Positions 16,644 through 25,563 of a stretch of 64,000 bases of DNA are shown piece by piece. This DNA is from an uncultured Candidatus Saccharibacteria bacterium (lineage in GTDB: Bacteria > Patescibacteriota > Saccharimonadia > Saccharimonadales > UBA7683). Positions within the stretch are counted from its first letter, which is position 1, and every line of letters starts with the position of its first letter. The stretch covers positions 14,839-78,838 of the forward strand of contig CAYNKQ010000003.1 of assembly GCA_964397855.1 (NCBI GenBank), written 5' to 3'. The position numbers and the translations under genes are program-made. The notes beneath the pieces are model-generated. The model was given only the letters and a program-made list of their open reading frames with translations. It had not been told where the DNA came from and did no database searches.

Positions 16644-17858
16644 ATGGAAAATCAACAAGATTCACTCGAAGAACTAAAAACACCACTTACACCGGAAAAA
16701 CATCCAGTGACCGCTAAGCCTAGCGGACGTTATTCTACCAAGAGGGTTGTATTGGCGTGTCTGGTGACTGCTCTTTTGGCTACAATATTGAGTGCGGGTG
16801 GCCTTGCGGGGGCATTCCTGATTGGCCGGAGCATGAACGACACAGCAAGCATTGAACAGAAGCGACAGACCGTAGTGCAGGAAGGCGAAGTTATTGCTGA
16901 CGTAGCACAGAAGGTTAGCCCAAGTGTCGTGTCTATAGTTACGGAACAGCAATCTACCGTCAACAGTCTGTATTTTGGTCAGCAGACTCGAACAAGTCAG
17001 GCTGCTGGAACAGGATTTGTAATTGATGCAGGTGGGCTGATAATCACTAATAAACATGTTGTACCAGCAGGCACAAGCAAGGTTCAAGTAGTGATGTCTG
17101 ACGGTACTAAATATGACGATGCCGAAGTCATCGGCAGAGATCCACTCAATGATATTGCAGTCATAAAAATTAATGGTGCTAAAAATCTTAAAGTTGCTCA
17201 ACTTGCCGACTCAGACGCCGTTCGAACTGGTCAAAAAGTTATTGCTATAGGCAACGCGCTGGGACAATTTCAGAATACCGTGACATCAGGAATTATCTCT
17301 GGAATGGGTAGGCCAATTGAAGCTGGTGATGAAAGTGGGAATGCTAGCGAACAGCTCAATAATCTGTTTCAGACTGATGCGGCGATAAACTCCGGTAATT
17401 CGGGAGGCCCACTTCTGAACTTTAATGGAGAAGTTATCGGTATAAACACTGCAGTTGCTGCCGGTGCACAGAATATTGGATTCTCAATTCCGATTAATGA
17501 AGCCAAGGGTGTTATTGAAAGTGTGAAGGCTACGGGTAAGATTTCTCGACCATATCTTGGTGTGCAATTTAGCATGCTCACGGCCAGTAGTGCAAAAGAG
17601 CTCAACCTCTCGGTTCAGAAGGGTGCTCTTGTGGGTAGTGACGCTGGGTCAGTTGTGACTGGTAGCCCGGCCGACAAGGCTGGTATCAAAGCCGGTGATG
17701 TTATTACTAAAGTGAATACTGTCGAGCTTTCAGACTCAATCTCGCTTGCTTCTGCTGTCGGAAGGTTTAAGGTTGGTGATACGGTTGAACTGACGGTTAT
17801 TCGTTCCGGTAAAGAACAGAAGATCAAGGTGACCTTAGCCGAAGCCCCTGCTGGTTAG
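16644..17858 (+). CDS. htrA: HtrA/DegP-family serine protease with PDZ domain
   Basis: Trypsin-like catalytic motifs (TNKHVV, DIAVIK, GNSGGPL) and a C-terminal PDZ (GSPADKAGIKAGDVI). AAGGGGG RBS precedes the ATG at 16644. Confidence 0.9.
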   Translation: MENQQDSLEELKTPLTPEKHPVTAKPSGRYSTKRVVLACLVTALLATILSAGGLAGAFLIGRSMNDTASIEQKRQTVVQEGEVIADVAQKVSPSVVSIVTEQQSTVNSLYFGQQTRTSQAAGTGFVIDAGGLIITNKHVVPAGTSKVQVVMSDGTKYDDAEVIGRDPLNDIAVIKINGAKNLKVAQLADSDAVRTGQKVIAIGNALGQFQNTVTSGIISGMGRPIEAGDESGNASEQLNNLFQTDAAINSGNSGGPLLNFNGEVIGINTAVAAGAQNIGFSIPINEAKGVIESVKATGKISRPYLGVQFSMLTASSAKELNLSVQKGALVGSDAGSVVTGSPADKAGIKAGDVITKVNTVELSDSISLASAVGRFKVGDTVELTVIRSGKEQKIKVTLAEAPAG

Positions 17859-17867
17859 TCTAATCAA

Positions 17868-18122
17868 CAATGGTCAATCTCCTGTCTCCATCATCCGCGT
17901 GCAGATAGAGATCAAGCCCACAATAGTTATCTCCCCGTCTCCACGCCCCAAGCCTCTTTCCCGTCCAACCAGCTTCTTTCTGTCGCGCCAGGACGATGTA
18001 AGCATCTCCGATTTGTATATAGCTGTTGGTTCCAGCAAGTCCCTCCTTTACTCGCCAGAAAGAATCTTCTGGCGTTTCGGGCCTTGGTTGAATGGGTGGG
18101 GAAGCTGACTTGCGGGGCGAAG
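17868..18122. repeat. Dispersed element, copy B (paralogous to 5774-6000)
   Basis: See copy A. On the minus strand the region 17860-18123 is an 87-codon stop-to-stop open frame with no ATG or GTG. It is in frame with prmC. Confidence 0.65.
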
Positions 18123-18123
18123 G

Positions 18124-18993
18124 TTAATTATTTTGAACAAAGAGTTGGGCGAGGGTTTCGGTCTTTTCTAGGGTATAGCCAGCTTTTGAAGCTAGTTTTA
18201 TGATGTCCCTATGTTGAGACTCTAGACTTTCGGTGACTACTATTTTTGGTTTGTATGGGAGATTAACAACCTGGCCCCAAAATATTTTGTAGTGGTCTAA
18301 TCCATCGACTCCAGAAAAAAGAGCTTGTGATGGTTCTTTAGTTATCTCTTCAGATGTAATTAAGTTTCGGGGTACATAGGGGAGATTGGCTAGGACAACA
18401 TCTGGCCTAATTGCTTCGGGGACATCAAGTAGGTTTGCTTCGTAGAACTGCACAGGGGCATTCAGGTGATCCGCATTTTGACCTGCGACCTTGAGTGCTC
18501 CTTTGCTGATGTCTGTTGCGACTACCCTTGTCTCGGGTAATTCTAACTGGGCAGTTATTGCCAAGATGCCTGAGCCTGTACCTACATCTAGAACCACCAG
18601 AGTCTTAGTATCGTCGTTGGAGTCTTCCGCGTTGGCGGCAGTAATAGCTTGTTTTAGTAATTCAACCATGGCTTCAGATTCGGGGCGAGGTATCAAAACG
18701 TCCGTATTAACTAAAAAATCTCGGCCGTAAAATTCTTTTGAACCAATAACGTATGCAAGTGGTATGTGTGATCTTCGTTGTTTCAGATTTGTATTCAACT
18801 GCAGAACTTGAGAATCACTAAGCTCGTAATCATTGTGTGCAAGTATCCAACTGCGTGATTTATGTAGTATAGCCTCAATAATTACAAGGCAATCTAGCCG
18901 GGCAGTGGTGATCTCAGCCAGCTGGAGCTGCTCAATAGCCTGTTTAAGCCAAGTTTGTATTTTCATATCGTTGCCGAACCACTTCATACGCAA
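18124..18993 (-). CDS. prmC: Release-factor glutamine methyltransferase PrmC/HemK
   Basis: SAM-binding VLDVGTGSGILAI and a catalytic NLPYV (NPPY-type) motif. Lies in a prfA cluster. The start is ambiguous (18993 or 18966). Confidence 0.85.
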   Translation of the reverse strand: MRMKWFGNDMKIQTWLKQAIEQLQLAEITTARLDCLVIIEAILHKSRSWILAHNDYELSDSQVLQLNTNLKQRRSHIPLAYVIGSKEFYGRDFLVNTDVLIPRPESEAMVELLKQAITAANAEDSNDDTKTLVVLDVGTGSGILAITAQLELPETRVVATDISKGALKVAGQNADHLNAPVQFYEANLLDVPEAIRPDVVLANLPYVPRNLITSEEITKEPSQALFSGVDGLDHYKIFWGQVVNLPYKPKIVVTESLESQHRDIIKLASKAGYTLEKTETLAQLFVQNN

Positions 18994-19747
18994 AAATTGC
19001 AGCAGCGTTACTTACATTAAGCGAGTCGTTTTCACCAAGCATTGGAATAATCAGTGGCTTGCTTCGTTGTTTCCAGAAATCACTTAAGCCTTCGTGCTCT
19101 GTGCCAAGAACTATTGCAATTGGTGAAGTAAAATCAACGCTGCTATATAAGCTTGATTGATCTGAAAGAATGGCGCCATACGCTGTAATTTCGTGTTTTT
19201 CCAAAAAATCATAGACATCCGCATTATTAGCTGCTGCAACTTGTTTTGTAAACACAGTACCCACACTTGATCTTATTACATTCGGGTTGAACACATCGGT
19301 TCGTTCGTCGCAGATAATGACACCGTCAGCTCCTGCGCCATCAGCTGTGCGTAAGATTGCCCCAAGGTTACCAGGTTTCTCAACAGACTCAACAATAATA
19401 AAGAACGGATTTTCACCAAAATTAAGTTCATCTAAGCCTCTATGTTTTGCCTGAAATACCGCAATAATACCATCTGTACTGCCACGATAAGAAATCTTTT
19501 CGTATACTTCTTTGCTGACGGTCATTATCTCTCTTAGATTCAAACTCTCAGTTCTAAGGTCTTTCCCCCCGTAGATTTCTGGGCAAACAAAAAGCGAATG
19601 GGGGAGATAGCCGCCATCAAGTGCATAAGCAATTTCTTTCGCACCTTCAACTAAAAATACCCCTTCTTCTCGCCGAGTACTATTTTTATGTAAACTTTTT
19701 ACCCACTTAATTTTTGGGTTTGATGTACTAGCTATGTAGGGCGTCAT
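18944..19747 (-). CDS. SpoU/TrmH-family RNA 2'-O-methyltransferase
   Basis: SPOUT motifs NLGAILRTADGAGADGVI, IVLGTEHEGLS and LNVSNAAAI. Confidence 0.85.
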   Translation of the reverse strand: MTPYIASTSNPKIKWVKSLHKNSTRREEGVFLVEGAKEIAYALDGGYLPHSLFVCPEIYGGKDLRTESLNLREIMTVSKEVYEKISYRGSTDGIIAVFQAKHRGLDELNFGENPFFIIVESVEKPGNLGAILRTADGAGADGVIICDERTDVFNPNVIRSSVGTVFTKQVAAANNADVYDFLEKHEITAYGAILSDQSSLYSSVDFTSPIAIVLGTEHEGLSDFWKQRSKPLIIPMLGENDSLNVSNAAAIFAYEVVRQRYENTNLA

Positions 19748-20259
19748 TTTGAGGTTTCCATGTCTGTAATTATACTCTCGACAACTTTATCCAAGGATTG
19801 GGTGGAATCAATTGCGATTGCCTGGGGTTGTTTTAGTATGTCTGATTCTCTTGTTGCCCGATAGGCTATTTCTTCTTCAAGTTGCTGGGGGTCTTTGCCG
19901 TAGTCTTTGTCTGTTCTGCTCAAGATTCGGTGTCTCAAAGTCGCGTCGTTGAGTGTAAGAACAAAAATTTTATCAAAATATGAATAGAAGTCAGACTGAT
20001 TGCTTGTAACTCCACCAAGAACCACATTCTCGGCTGAGTTTAATAATTCTAAGATTACACTTTTGGACCAGTTCCACTGATATTGGTCCCAGTCAATCTT
20101 TGCTTCTGGGTACGGCACGTGATTGCCATTATTATCCTCGAGCCTTGTTGCACCAGGCTGGCTATCAGTGTCATAAGCTGTGAAACCTCGTTTCAAGAGT
20201 TCGCGTATGACGGTACTTTTGCCAGCCCCAACAGAACCGGTAACGAAATATTTACCCAT
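19744..20259 (-). CDS. P-loop NTPase / small kinase-like protein
   Basis: Walker A GSVGAGKST at the N-terminus. 171 aa. Substrate unknown. Confidence 0.6.
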   Translation of the reverse strand: MGKYFVTGSVGAGKSTVIRELLKRGFTAYDTDSQPGATRLEDNNGNHVPYPEAKIDWDQYQWNWSKSVILELLNSAENVVLGGVTSNQSDFYSYFDKIFVLTLNDATLRHRILSRTDKDYGKDPQQLEEEIAYRATRESDILKQPQAIAIDSTQSLDKVVESIITDMETSK

Positions 20260-21314
20260 CAGCTGTCTCCACGAGCAAGTTGAGACTCGTACGACTGTAG
20301 TTTTTCAATTAGATCATCAATATCACCGTTCATTGCTCCTGGAATCCCAGAACGAGAATAGTTCACGCGGTGATCTGTAATACGGTCTTGGGGGAAGTTA
20401 TACGTACGAATTTTTTCGGATCTATCACCGGACCCAATAAGAGATTTTCTTTGGGCGGAAAGGTTGGCGCTGGCTTCTTCGATCTGCTTTTGAAGCAAGC
20501 GAGAGCGTAGTACGCTCATAGCTTTTAGTTTGTTCTTAATTTGCGATTTTTCATCCTGATTGGTTACGACGACACCAGTTGGAAGGTGAGTGATGCGCAC
20601 GGCTGAATCTGTAGTGTTAACTGATTGTCCGCCATGACCTGACGCACGGTAAGTGTCTACCTTTAAATCTGCTTCTTTAATTTCGATATCAGTTTCTTCT
20701 GCCTCAGGCATAACGGCAACGGTGACTGTTGAAGTATGAATACGTCCCTGACTTTCAGTGGCAGGAACGCGTTGTACACGGTGTACGCCGCCTTCAAATT
20801 TGAGTTGCTTATAAGCATCTTCTCCGCGTGCCATAAATATCACTTCTTTGTAGCCGCCGTTGTCGTTAGAATTTTCTGACATAATCTCGGTTTTTAGGCT
20901 GTGTGTCTCGCAGAAACGAAGGTACATTCTTAATAGCTCGGCAGCAAATAAACCGGCTTCGTCACCACCTGCACCAGCTCGAATTTCTACAACTGCGTTT
21001 TTATGATCATTAGGGTCTTTGGGCGTGAGGAGTTCAGTCAGTTTTTCTTCTGCTGTAGCAATTTTTTCTTCAAGCTCTGGTATTTCCATCTTGGCAAGCT
21101 CTGAGAGTTCGGCATCATTACCGCGCAGGATCTCATTAGATTCAGCCAACTGTTTTTCAAATAGCTCTTTTTGGTCCAGCGTAGTTATGATCCCCTCAAG
21201 CTCCGATCGTCGTCGATTTTTCTCACCAATTTTGGGATCAGAAAAAGCATCTGGTGCACTAAGCGCCTCAGTTAATTCTGCCAGTTCATCACGTAGTTTT
21301 TGTTGTGCTTCCAT
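20259..21314 (-). CDS. prfA: Peptide chain release factor 1
   Basis: GGQ motif (SGHGGQSVN), RF1-type PAT tripeptide (VPATESQGRIHTS), 351 aa. Confidence 0.95.
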   Translation of the reverse strand: MEAQQKLRDELAELTEALSAPDAFSDPKIGEKNRRRSELEGIITTLDQKELFEKQLAESNEILRGNDAELSELAKMEIPELEEKIATAEEKLTELLTPKDPNDHKNAVVEIRAGAGGDEAGLFAAELLRMYLRFCETHSLKTEIMSENSNDNGGYKEVIFMARGEDAYKQLKFEGGVHRVQRVPATESQGRIHTSTVTVAVMPEAEETDIEIKEADLKVDTYRASGHGGQSVNTTDSAVRITHLPTGVVVTNQDEKSQIKNKLKAMSVLRSRLLQKQIEEASANLSAQRKSLIGSGDRSEKIRTYNFPQDRITDHRVNYSRSGIPGAMNGDIDDLIEKLQSYESQLARGDS

Positions 21315-21437
21315 TACTTATGAATTATAACAGAAACACCAACCTAGCCATAAAATAAACTTTACCTATTGACAAATTTAGGCATAAGAAGTATACTCAA
21401 GTAGTAGTTAAAAAAACAAAAAAGGAAATAAGAAGTC

Positions 21438-21941
21438 ATGGCCGAAGGCGCCCCACAAGATAGTTCCGATCAGATCATTGAACCGAGATTGCTCACTCCC
21501 GAACAAGCACGAGCAGGTTATACGCTGGCTGCCAACGAATCCATTCTCGTCAATGTGGCAGATGTTAATACGGATGGCGTACGTGGAGAAGTCGTAGATA
21601 CGGAGGACGGTCGCAAGGTCTGGACTACTCCAGTTGGTCACTTACATCTTAAGGGTGATCGGGATAGTGTTATTGGATATTTTCTACAAACAGTGGAAGT
21701 CACCAGTGAGGGTGACGCGCATGAGGGCGTTATGTTTGCAGTAAATTCAAGGCAAAGCCTCATGCTACCGTTATCTGCGGCAGAACCATGGGGTATCGGC
21801 AGAAAGTTTGAGGGCCAGTCTGAAATGCGAGGTGGTGTTTCTGGGGATCACTGTGAAGTAGGGCTCGATGAAGACGGAGCAAACCTACTAGTTAAAAACA
21901 AAGATCCCAAGAACGGTACAGCTATAGTTCTATATGCGTAA
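21438..21941 (+). CDS. Hypothetical protein with a possible FHA-like C-terminal region
   Basis: 167-aa ORF behind a TTGACA-17-TATACT promoter. The C-terminal GVSGDHCEV..LLVKNKDPKNGTAIV loosely resembles FHA. Weak call. Confidence 0.4.
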   Translation: MAEGAPQDSSDQIIEPRLLTPEQARAGYTLAANESILVNVADVNTDGVRGEVVDTEDGRKVWTTPVGHLHLKGDRDSVIGYFLQTVEVTSEGDAHEGVMFAVNSRQSLMLPLSAAEPWGIGRKFEGQSEMRGGVSGDHCEVGLDEDGANLLVKNKDPKNGTAIVLYA

Positions 21942-22017
21942 TGTTTTCAGGGTTATCAAAATATCGCTTAGTCAATTAAGCGATATTTTAAGTGTAGCGC
22001 AAGTCTTCAGAGGTGCT

Positions 22018-22380
22018 TTATTCAGCAGCTGTTTCAACTGCGTCAGGTGATTCGGTTTTTTCTGTATATTTTTTACTAGCTGGCTTCTTATCAGCTTTTT
22101 TAATAGTAGCAGCCTTGGCTTCGCGAGCTTTTTTAGCAGCTTCAGCGCGAGCTTTAAACTTATCAACACGACCTTCGATATCCATGATCTTTTCTTCGCC
22201 AGTGAAGAATGGGTGAGAAGCACTTGAAACGTGTACTTTTACAAGTGGGTATTCTTTGCCATCTTCCCATTTAATCGTTTCGCTGGTGGCAACGGTCGAA
22301 CGAGTTAAAAAACTAGTTTTACTTGAAGTGTCCTGAAAGACAACTTGTCGATAATCTGTTGGGTGCAGATCTTTTTTCAT
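22018..22380 (-). CDS. rpmE: 50S ribosomal protein L31 (type B, no Zn-ribbon Cys) with a Lys/Ala-rich C-terminal extension
   Basis: N-terminal MKKDLHP and HPFFTG motifs. About 40 extra basic residues at the C-terminus. Confidence 0.88.
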   Translation of the reverse strand: MKKDLHPTDYRQVVFQDTSSKTSFLTRSTVATSETIKWEDGKEYPLVKVHVSSASHPFFTGEEKIMDIEGRVDKFKARAEAAKKAREAKAATIKKADKKPASKKYTEKTESPDAVETAAE

Positions 22381-22493
22381 TGTGTGAACTCCTGCCCATT
22401 TAAGACGGTTAGCAGCGGGCCACTGCAGCCGTTTTGGTATTTACCAAATATAACTTGGCTATTATATCTGTTAATCCAATATTTTACAAGCGG

Positions 22494-25232
22494 TTAGCGG
22501 TCGCGAAGATACACGACGTCTTCTTCAGTGACGGGCTGTGCGTGCGCCTTTACGGGAGCATGCGTTGCTGGCTGAGCAGCCGCGGTGGGTTGAACAGGGG
22601 AGGCTTCGGCTTTCTTTTTGCCACCTCGTTTGCCACGGCGTGTCCGTTTCTTTTTGGCTGGCTCAGTTTCACTAGCCACCTCTTCTGGCGTTGGGGCGGC
22701 CTGAGCTTTTGGAGGTGCAACAGAGCCAGGTCGAGTTTTTTCAAGGGTGAGTACTGATTTAGCAGCTTTTTTAACGGCATTTGCTCTATCGAGGGGTTTT
22801 GATGAAGGTGCTGGCGGCGGTACGGCGGCTACTGGTTTTGGCTGTTGGCCTCGCGGCGTACTCTCGGTGTTGATGCCTAGTTCTACTTGTGCTTTTGGTA
22901 TGGCAAGGGTAGCGCGGTTATTGGCAACTATTTGTTCAAGTACGCCCTCAAGGTGGCCGGGTAATTCCATTGTTCGTGCCGAAAAAGGAACTGCCTTTTC
23001 GCCGTCAATTGAAATATTGGCTAAAAAGTCACGGTTATTGAGTTGGATGAGGTCGGTGGCTTCAAACTGTGGTTCAAAGTATTTTTGCAGTACACTAGCA
23101 TCTTCTGGGCTGACACGGAATGAGATGATGCTTCCAACGTTACCAAACACTGCGCCGCTGACCTCTGGAATCATCTGAGAAGTGTATTGATTAGCAATGG
23201 TAAGATTTAGACCATATTTACGGGCCTCAGAAAGAATGGTGGCAAAGGATTCGGTGGCAAAGTTTTGGAACTCATCAACATAGAAGTAGAACGGCTTTCT
23301 GTCTTCAACGCGGGCAATATCGGCACGGCTCATGGCTGCTAGCTGAATTTTTGTTACCAACAAAGAGCCCAAGATCGCTGCATTATCTTCACCAATAAGT
23401 CCGCGAGAAAGATTAATCACCAGTATCTTGCCTTCGTCCATTATCTGGCGCACGTTGAATCCGCTATTTGGCTGGCCAACAACATTACGAATAATTGGGT
23501 TGGCGGTGAAGGCTCCGACCTTGTTCAGGATAGGGGCTACGGCTTCTGTTCGGAACTTCTCGTTCCAACTAGCATATTCTTTAGTCCAAAAGTTCATTAC
23601 TACTGGATCGGTTACGTGACTGACAACATCTTTTTGGAACTTTGAATCTGTCAGTAACCGGGTGATATCAAGCATGGTTGAGCCGGGGTATTCAAGTAAC
23701 GAGAGAATGGTGTAGCGCAAAATATATTCGAGGCGCGGCCCCCAGCTGTCAAACATTTTCTTAAGTGAACCAATAATCTCAGAGGCTACAAGTGTTTTTT
23801 GTGATTCGGTCTGTACTTCGAGTGGATTAAAGCCGATAGGGAACTCAGTGTCTGCTGGGTTAAAGTAAACAACGTCCTTAACCCGTTCCGGTGCAATACG
23901 ACGAAGCGTATTAATTGCAAAGTCACCATGCGGATCTATCAGGGCAAACCCCTGGTTGGTTCCAATATCAGAAGCTGTCATGAGCTCAAGTAGACCACTT
24001 TTACCAACACCAGTCTGACCGATTATGTAAACGTGGCGCCCACGATCACGTCGGGTAAGGCCAAAATATTGGTAATCTCCTCGGAATGTTGTGACGCCGA
24101 TCGGACTGATATCAAGTGAGCCTTCAGTATAGATAGGTAGGTTGGAGGGTGGTTCACCTGTCCTTGAGCGCGCCCAAACAATCCCAGGCGTGGTGACGTT
24201 GCTATGGGGGAGATGGTATAGGCTGGCGAGTTCTTCGATGTTGAGCGTAAAACCTTTACCAAAGAAGCTTCGTGCTTTGTACTTTTCAAAATCCTCGAGC
24301 TTGCTTGAAACTTGTGCGAAACCGTTGAGGTTGGTGGTGTTGAACTGCTTGAATGCACCAAGTAGCGCCTGGATTTTCATACGTGCGCTCAGCTGAACTT
24401 CTGGCGGGCAGCTGTAGAGCACGCGAATTTTCACTTGATATCCCAGTTTACGACTTTTTTCTTCAATGGCACTAATTCGGGTCTTATCACGCTCGGATAT
24501 CTCTGTCTTAACAGTCGTGGCGGTTTCTTCAGGCGGTCGCCAGAGGGCACCGGTAGTTTGGGCCAGCCAACTATTCTTAGAGAGTGAACTTTTTGAATCT
24601 CCGGATTTGATTGAATTTGCCTTTTGGGCTGAGGCCTTGTGCCAAGCGTCGTTGACTGGTCGTGCAAGTATTTGAATGCCAAGAATTTCAGTGTTTGACT
24701 CAAGCTTTGTAAGTGTAGCGGTTATGCCCGCGAGTGGGTCTACCTCAAAACTTGGAAATGTCTGAATCGGTAGCGCTTCGTTTTCAATAAGCCCGATTTC
24801 TATTACCTGTCTGTAGTGGCCTTCGGGAATGTTGTGCACATAGTCATCTTCCGGCTTGATCTGTTTGATCTGGGCTTCAGGATACTGTGCGTACACTTGG
24901 CCCTCAACAAACTGAGTTAGAACAGTTGGTGTCCAGATATAGAATTGAATTTTATTACCAACGCTAATAATCTCAAAACCAATATGTTCTTGGTATTCTT
25001 GGTGGACTTTAAGTTCATTTTTGCTTTTTAGAATTCCGTGCAAACTTGCGAACATGTGTTCGGCGGAAAGTTCTTTCTTGTCATTGGTTCGCGGAATCTC
25101 AATCAGCAAAACAGTAGAATCAAGTGAGCTAAACCAGCTCTGCTTTTTTCTACCGTCTAAAATGGTGCTAAAAATAAAGTAGATTGCTCCGCCACCGAGT
25201 AGGGTAACAAGCAAAAGAATAAGTACTACCAC
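22494..25232 (-). CDS. Membrane-anchored TraD/VirD4/TrwB-like P-loop ATPase (type IV coupling-protein family)
   Basis: 912 aa. N-terminal TM helix, Walker A IIGQTGVGKSG, Walker B FYFYVDEFQNF, DPHGD, and a long Pro/Lys/Ala-rich basic tail. Confidence 0.7.
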   Translation of the reverse strand: MVVLILLLVTLLGGGAIYFIFSTILDGRKKQSWFSSLDSTVLLIEIPRTNDKKELSAEHMFASLHGILKSKNELKVHQEYQEHIGFEIISVGNKIQFYIWTPTVLTQFVEGQVYAQYPEAQIKQIKPEDDYVHNIPEGHYRQVIEIGLIENEALPIQTFPSFEVDPLAGITATLTKLESNTEILGIQILARPVNDAWHKASAQKANSIKSGDSKSSLSKNSWLAQTTGALWRPPEETATTVKTEISERDKTRISAIEEKSRKLGYQVKIRVLYSCPPEVQLSARMKIQALLGAFKQFNTTNLNGFAQVSSKLEDFEKYKARSFFGKGFTLNIEELASLYHLPHSNVTTPGIVWARSRTGEPPSNLPIYTEGSLDISPIGVTTFRGDYQYFGLTRRDRGRHVYIIGQTGVGKSGLLELMTASDIGTNQGFALIDPHGDFAINTLRRIAPERVKDVVYFNPADTEFPIGFNPLEVQTESQKTLVASEIIGSLKKMFDSWGPRLEYILRYTILSLLEYPGSTMLDITRLLTDSKFQKDVVSHVTDPVVMNFWTKEYASWNEKFRTEAVAPILNKVGAFTANPIIRNVVGQPNSGFNVRQIMDEGKILVINLSRGLIGEDNAAILGSLLVTKIQLAAMSRADIARVEDRKPFYFYVDEFQNFATESFATILSEARKYGLNLTIANQYTSQMIPEVSGAVFGNVGSIISFRVSPEDASVLQKYFEPQFEATDLIQLNNRDFLANISIDGEKAVPFSARTMELPGHLEGVLEQIVANNRATLAIPKAQVELGINTESTPRGQQPKPVAAVPPPAPSSKPLDRANAVKKAAKSVLTLEKTRPGSVAPPKAQAAPTPEEVASETEPAKKKRTRRGKRGGKKKAEASPVQPTAAAQPATHAPVKAHAQPVTEEDVVYLRDR

Positions 25233-25563
25233 GCTTCAAGCCACCTTGCGTTAATTGGTTAATGAGAAGGAGAGTTTTAAGTCTTTCGGATCTTCAGAAC
25301 ATGATCAAACGAGTGATTGTTCCGGTGAGGATCTTCGAGCTACTTGCTTCAAATTAGGATAAAAAGAAGCTTGCATGCGAGATCGACTCGCTTTCCTTAT
25401 GACTCTAGTAACAACAGCTACCGAGCTTGACTAAACATTATCATTTTTGCATAATAAAATCAAGTAAAATGTGATGATTTGAGCTCAATAAGATATTTGG
25501 TTGTGCTATACGAAATCACGCGGAATATTTGTATCGAGATAGAGTGACTTTACAGGGGTAAAT

